This document shows positions 63,404-64,000 of a stretch of DNA of 64,000 nt, piece by piece. The notes beneath the pieces are model-generated. The model was not told the origin of the DNA and ran no database searches. It saw only the letters and a list, made by a program, of their open reading frames with translations. Source of the DNA: an uncultured Elusimicrobia bacterium (GTDB taxonomy: Bacteria; Elusimicrobiota; Elusimicrobia; 2-01-FULL-59-12); the NCBI GenBank assembly GCA_963702895.1, contig OY969767.1, forward strand, positions 96,001 to 160,000, written 5' to 3'. Position numbers and translations under genes: made by a program. Numbering within the stretch: the stretch's first letter is position 1; each line of letters begins with the position of its first letter.

Positions 63404-63715
63404 TTCTTGGCTCGTTGGGTCAGGCACCCGCTCCTCTTCTCTGTGCGAGCGCCGGGCGGCTACCAAGATCAAGGTGCGTGTCACGCGCGCCGAAATGGGA
63501 AACTTTGGCGATCATCGGACCGTTGGCCCTTAAGCCGATGCCGCAGGCGGCTTAGACTGGGTGTCGCTTCGACTTGTCGAGCCGGTAAGTAATCCGATCC
63601 GTTCGCATTTTCCAAAAATTGCTTTCCGCACGACTCGCATCTGCTTTACAAGTCGATTTCGATAGGTCAAACACAGCCTGGCAGCTCGTCGGCCCCGGTT
63701 CCACTCCTTATTTAT
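63404..63715 (-). ncRNA. Candidate large structured ncRNA (possible OLE-like 5' motif)
   Basis: ~310 nt without a credible ORF; several stems with G-U pairs on the minus strand; similarity to OLE is from memory only. Confidence 0.4.
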
Positions 63716-63875
63716 TTTCCGTCGGAGTTTGCCCTCTTTAGCTGCTTCTGATTTGCCCGTTTCGCTGTAGTTAGCCCTTCCTTGCTATATCGAGTTGTGG
63801 ACCCGATCAGAGATCCGATCACTAGAAGTTCCCCTGAGGTTGATGATGCTGTAGCGCCGTCATATACTGGTGATC

Positions 63876-64000
63876 ATGCGCCTGATTCTGAACATATTCT
63901 GGTTTGTCTTGGGCGGTTTCATGATGGGTCTCGGTTGGTGGCTTGCCGGAATCCTGATGGCCATCTCGATCATCGGTATCCCATGGTCGCGTTCCTGCTT
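63876..64000 (+). CDS. YccF domain membrane protein (3'-truncated by the window)
   Basis: MRLILNIFWFVLGGF...ISIIGIPW. Confidence 0.85.
   Translation, partial: MRLILNIFWFVLGGFMMGLGWWLAGILMAISIIGIPWSRSC

Noticed and set aside
63347..63592. 81-aa ORF
   Set aside because: Starts within a tandem repeat; Arg-rich composition is not protein-like.

Overview
GC-rich bacterial chromosomal window, probably close to the replication origin (mnmG, rsmG, parS, parA, parB). Elusimicrobiota is a weak impression only, not established. Contents in order: two convergent >1,400-aa orphan proteins, both ending in -AA; a housekeeping run (amidase, mnmG, ppc, purE, AI-2E transporter, L,D-transpeptidases); redox genes; nitrogen genes (FMN glutamate synthase, amtB-glnK) with ANTAR-like leader hairpins; a divergent hypFCDE / hoxEFUYH-hoxW-hypA-nifJ bidirectional hydrogenase cluster; and a Tad/Flp pilus operon. 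Two palindromic REP-like repeat families (A and B) are scattered through the window, some in frame inside genes. The strongest signal is two different IS110 elements, each inserted into a different repeat family. Each left end holds a readable bridge RNA whose target- and donor-binding guides match its own junction sequences. Also seen: three long rod-like elements with variable stems and conserved loops, and a candidate large minus-strand ncRNA near the right end with a possible OLE-like 5' motif (from memory, unverified). Product names come from motif recognition, not database searches.
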